Positions 7,219 through 10,142 of a DNA stretch of 10,142 bases are shown here, piece by piece. The position numbers and the translations under genes were made by a program. The stretch comes from Promethearchaeota archaeon (GTDB taxonomy: Archaea; Asgardarchaeota; Lokiarchaeia; Sigyniarchaeales; SOKP01), in NCBI GenBank assembly GCA_048939015.1, contig JBHLPW010000105.1, forward strand, positions 1 to 10,142. Direction: 5' to 3'. The notes under the pieces were generated by a model. That model made no database searches. It had not been told where the DNA came from and saw only the letters and a program-made list of their open reading frames with translations. The stretch's first letter is position 1. Each line of letters begins with the position of its first letter.

Positions 7219-8835
7219 TTATAATGGTGATCCACATTTATTACAAAATTGATAATCACTCGAAAGAATTGCTCCACACTTTTTACATGTAACAATTTCT
7301 TTTTCTGAAGAGATCGATGTTTCTGGCTGATTTGACTTGCTTTCTATGTCTGAAACGTTTGGAATAATTCTTAATTTGCTAGGTTCTTGAGTTTCCACTC
7401 CTTTTTGAGCTGAAAAAGGAGTAAAATCTGCAATAAGACTTTTCTCAGTATCATCAGTTTTTTGACTTAGAGTTTGAAAAAGAGTAGGAGATCTTGATAT
7501 GTCTTTTGCTGGTGCTGTTGGTACTGAAGCTACTGGTTTAGCTTCTGTTTTCTCTTTCTTTACTTTTTTTTGTTTTTCTTTTTTTTCTTTCTTTGCTTTT
7601 TTCATTTCTTCTAATAATTTTTGTTGTCTCTCCTTTTCCTCCTGAAGTTTTTTCTCTTTCTCTACTTTCTTTTTTTTCTTTTCTGCTTTTTTAATATCTT
7701 TTTTAGAGTAAACAGGTTCAGGTAAGTAGTCCATTAATGAATCTGATCTGGGTTCTTGCGAATCTGTAGGTGGTAAAAAAGGAGCACTAGTTGAGGGTAT
7801 AGTATCATGAGACGTTGATTTTGCTGGAGATTGAAATCCTTCTGGGGCAGGGGCAGGAATAGGTACATTTGGTGTAAAAGGTGCTGTTTTTGGTTTATAA
7901 CTTTCACCCTCCTTTGTAAAAATGGTTGGTTCTGAACGAATTTGTGGTCGATCTTCTGGAGTTACATTTGTTAATATTTCTTCTGGTGTTTTAAAATCAA
8001 ATTCAATAGGTTTTTCACTTTTTTGTTCAATTTGTGATTCTGGCAAAGGAATTTCTGGTTCAAATTCCTGTTCTTGTATGTGAGTTGGCTCTGGAACGGG
8101 AGGAGCTTCAAATTCAAATTCTGGCTCTGGTTCAAATGCTTGACTTGGTTCAAATGTTTTGTCAGAAAGAGGTTCTGGGACGGGAGGTGCCGCAAACTCA
8201 TATTCTGGTTCTAATTGACTAGATGGAGTAGAATACATTCCTATTGTTGATGGAATTTGCCCAGGACTATATACAATTCCTTTTGAAATTAACTGATCTG
8301 GAACGCCTGATCCAATCATTAAACATGCAAGGATGTAAAAACAATCACCTACTCCTTCACCAGTTTTTGCTGAAGTCTCCATATAGTATAAATTGAAGTT
8401 ATTTGTAAATTCATTAATTTCTTCTAATGAAACTTCTCTTAAGTCGTGAAGATCACTTTTATTACCAACTAGAAGTAAGGGGATCTCTGTTTTAACATTT
8501 GCTCTCACTTCTTCTATCCATTGAGGGAGGTGTTCAAAACTAGCACTATTTGTAAGATCAAATATTAGTAAAGCTCCTAAAGATCCTCTATAGTACATTG
8601 GTCTAATTGAGCTAAATCGCTCCTGTCCTCCAGTATCCCATATTTGAAGCTTGGCTCTTAATGGTCCTTCAATAGAATCGATATTAATCGTCTTTACGTG
8701 GAAATCTACTCCAATTGTCATTTTATAATCTTCCGTGAAGAACCCTTTACTAAATCTGAGAGTTAAAGCAGTTTTTCCGACTCCACCATCTCCTACTACA
8801 ATCGATTTAAAGAGATAATCATATTCTTCAGCCAT
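7219..8835 (-). CDS. Rab-like (Ras superfamily) small GTPase with a long Pro/Glu-rich disordered tail, Lys/Glu helix and C-terminal zinc ribbon
   Basis: G1 GDGGVGKT, G2/RabF1 TIGVDF, RabF2/G3 KLQIWDTGGQERF, RabF4 YYRG, RabF5-like LIFDLT, G4 NKSD, G5 ETSAK; ends CKKC-x10-CNKCGSPL. Confidence 0.93.
   Translation of the reverse strand: MAEEYDYLFKSIVVGDGGVGKTALTLRFSKGFFTEDYKMTIGVDFHVKTINIDSIEGPLRAKLQIWDTGGQERFSSIRPMYYRGSLGALLIFDLTNSASFEHLPQWIEEVRANVKTEIPLLLVGNKSDLHDLREVSLEEINEFTNNFNLYYMETSAKTGEGVGDCFYILACLMIGSGVPDQLISKGIVYSPGQIPSTIGMYSTPSSQLEPEYEFAAPPVPEPLSDKTFEPSQAFEPEPEFEFEAPPVPEPTHIQEQEFEPEIPLPESQIEQKSEKPIEFDFKTPEEILTNVTPEDRPQIRSEPTIFTKEGESYKPKTAPFTPNVPIPAPAPEGFQSPAKSTSHDTIPSTSAPFLPPTDSQEPRSDSLMDYLPEPVYSKKDIKKAEKKKKKVEKEKKLQEEKERQQKLLEEMKKAKKEKKEKQKKVKKEKTEAKPVASVPTAPAKDISRSPTLFQTLSQKTDDTEKSLIADFTPFSAQKGVETQEPSKLRIIPNVSDIESKSNQPETSISSEKEIVTCKKCGAILSSDYQFCNKCGSPL
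8086..8211 (-). repeat. Intragenic peptide repeat in the GTPase tail
   Basis: EPEYEFAAPPVPEP (8211-8170) and EPEFEFEAPPVPEP (8127-8086). Confidence 0.8.
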
Positions 8836-9256
8836 TGCACGTCCCTATGTTAAATTTCAATTTATTTTATAAACGACTATTTACTAAAATGGTATAGCTA
8901 TTATATATTATAACTATATTTCTATTAGAGTTTATATATTTTTTAAGCTAATTTTATTTTCATATTTTTTTTAATAAACCTATTTAACTAATCATTTTTG
9001 AATAATTTAATTTTATGTTTTTTATTAAATTGTTTAGATTTTATAATTAAAACCTATTTTTTCAAAAAATAAGTTTTGAGATTATCAAAATAACATTTCG
9101 ACAAATCATAATAACAGTTTGAAAATCTTTAAAAATTAAGAATTTAGTAGATTGTATTTTGATAATTTAATCCAATTTTCTAAATTTGAATTAAATTAAT
9201 AAATAGGATTTGATAGAATGCTTTTAAAAAAACTTTAAATGAATCATTTCTTTCAA

Positions 9257-10142
9257 TTAATTTAAATTTTCAATTAACTCTAAAAATTGATTATAGTCAT
9301 AAAACTTTGGAGGATTATCGCTTAATAGATCACTTTCAGATAAGAGCGATTTGGAATATTTGAAATACTTTTCATTATTTTCAGTTAAAAAGAAATATCT
9401 TTTATATTTTTGACATACTTTTCCAACAGTACTAGAGCCAGCAAAAGGATCTAATATAATGTCTCCTATGTATGAATAAAATTTTATAACCCATTTTACC
9501 AATTCTTCTGGGAATACAGCGGGATGGATCTTGTCATTAGTAGGTGCTATTTTCCATAAATTAGTTTTTTCATAATCTTCTTTCACTTTACTTTTTTCTA
9601 TAACCTCATCAGAATAATGCTCCATATTCCAATCAAGTAATCTATGTGTCTTCTTTCTATAAACCATAACATATTCTACCACAGAATTAGCTTTATATCC
9701 TAATGGTTTTCTATGTTGAAAGAAACCACCATTTCTATTAGCTGCACTGGGATCTGGTTTTTTCCATATTATATCTTCAATGAATTCAAATCCAGCATTT
9801 ATTATTCTTGGATGAATATCAAAAGGAATAGCAAAACGATGACTCGAATATTTCCTGCTAAATCGTGGAATAATTATAGGTGATGTATTTAATACAAAAA
9901 ACCTTCCTTCATAAGTTATTCTATATATTTCTTTAATTACATCAGTTAAAAAATTAAGATATTCTTCATAATTTGAATAAATACTATAATCTCTTGCATT
10001 GTAATAAGGAGGAGATGTAAAGGTTAAATGAATACATTCTTTTGGTAATTGTTTTAGGATATCTCTTGTATCTCCAAAAACTGAAGTGTTTTTAATTATT
10101 GGTAAATATTTTTCAAATCTTTCTCTTTTTTCTTGTTTACTT
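9257..10142 (-). CDS. Beta-class N4-cytosine/N6-adenine DNA methyltransferase; 5' end beyond the right window edge
   Basis: The frame is open from the window edge to the stop at 9257 (the ORF track shows only the last 141 aa): GDTRDILKQLPKECIHLTFTSPPYYNARDY (motif IV), IIWKKP, HPAVFPEEL, ILDPFAGSST (motif I). Motif IV precedes motif I, which defines the beta order. Confidence 0.92.
   Translation of the reverse strand, partial: SKQEKRERFEKYLPIIKNTSVFGDTRDILKQLPKECIHLTFTSPPYYNARDYSIYSNYEEYLNFLTDVIKEIYRITYEGRFFVLNTSPIIIPRFSRKYSSHRFAIPFDIHPRIINAGFEFIEDIIWKKPDPSAANRNGGFFQHRKPLGYKANSVVEYVMVYRKKTHRLLDWNMEHYSDEVIEKSKVKEDYEKTNLWKIAPTNDKIHPAVFPEELVKWVIKFYSYIGDIILDPFAGSSTVGKVCQKYKRYFFLTENNEKYFKYSKSLLSESDLLSDNPPKFYDYNQFLELIENLN

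Noticed and set aside
7971-8222. Overlapping ORFs 7971..8201 (-) and 8034..8222 (+)
   Set aside because: Alternative-frame by-products of the low-complexity GTPase tail.
1-10142. CRISPR array, tRNA/rRNA, transposase or integrase
   Set aside because: No regularly spaced repeats, no GC-rich structured RNA-like segment and no recombinase or transposase motifs were seen.

Overview
AT-rich archaeal window, most likely an Asgard (Lokiarchaeia-like) genome. This is inferred from an intron-less Rab-like GTPase next to archaeal mfnA and zinc-ribbon proteins. The right part is ordinary chromosome: a MazG-type pyrophosphohydrolase, mfnA, a two-zinc-ribbon/beta-sandwich protein convergent with a Rab-like GTPase that has a long Pro/Glu-rich tail, and a beta-class amino-DNA methyltransferase running off the right edge. 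The left 4.5 kb is the unusual part and is mostly missed by the ORF track. It has (i) a >=503-codon minus-strand gene encoding an intein-derived Hint+LAGLIDADG protein with intact nuclease motifs, degenerate splicing motifs and no recognisable N-extein, and (ii) two decayed, mutually diverged copies of the 3' end of class III ribonucleotide reductase nrdD in direct orientation. These copies bracket a flavodoxin-ferredoxin gene, a regulator and a truncated gene. The layout resembles yeast WHO homing elements (intein-derived nuclease plus serially displaced 3' fragments of the target gene) and suggests an archaeal nrdD 3'-end-replacement homing system. All translations outside the ORF track were done by hand, and no database searches were run.
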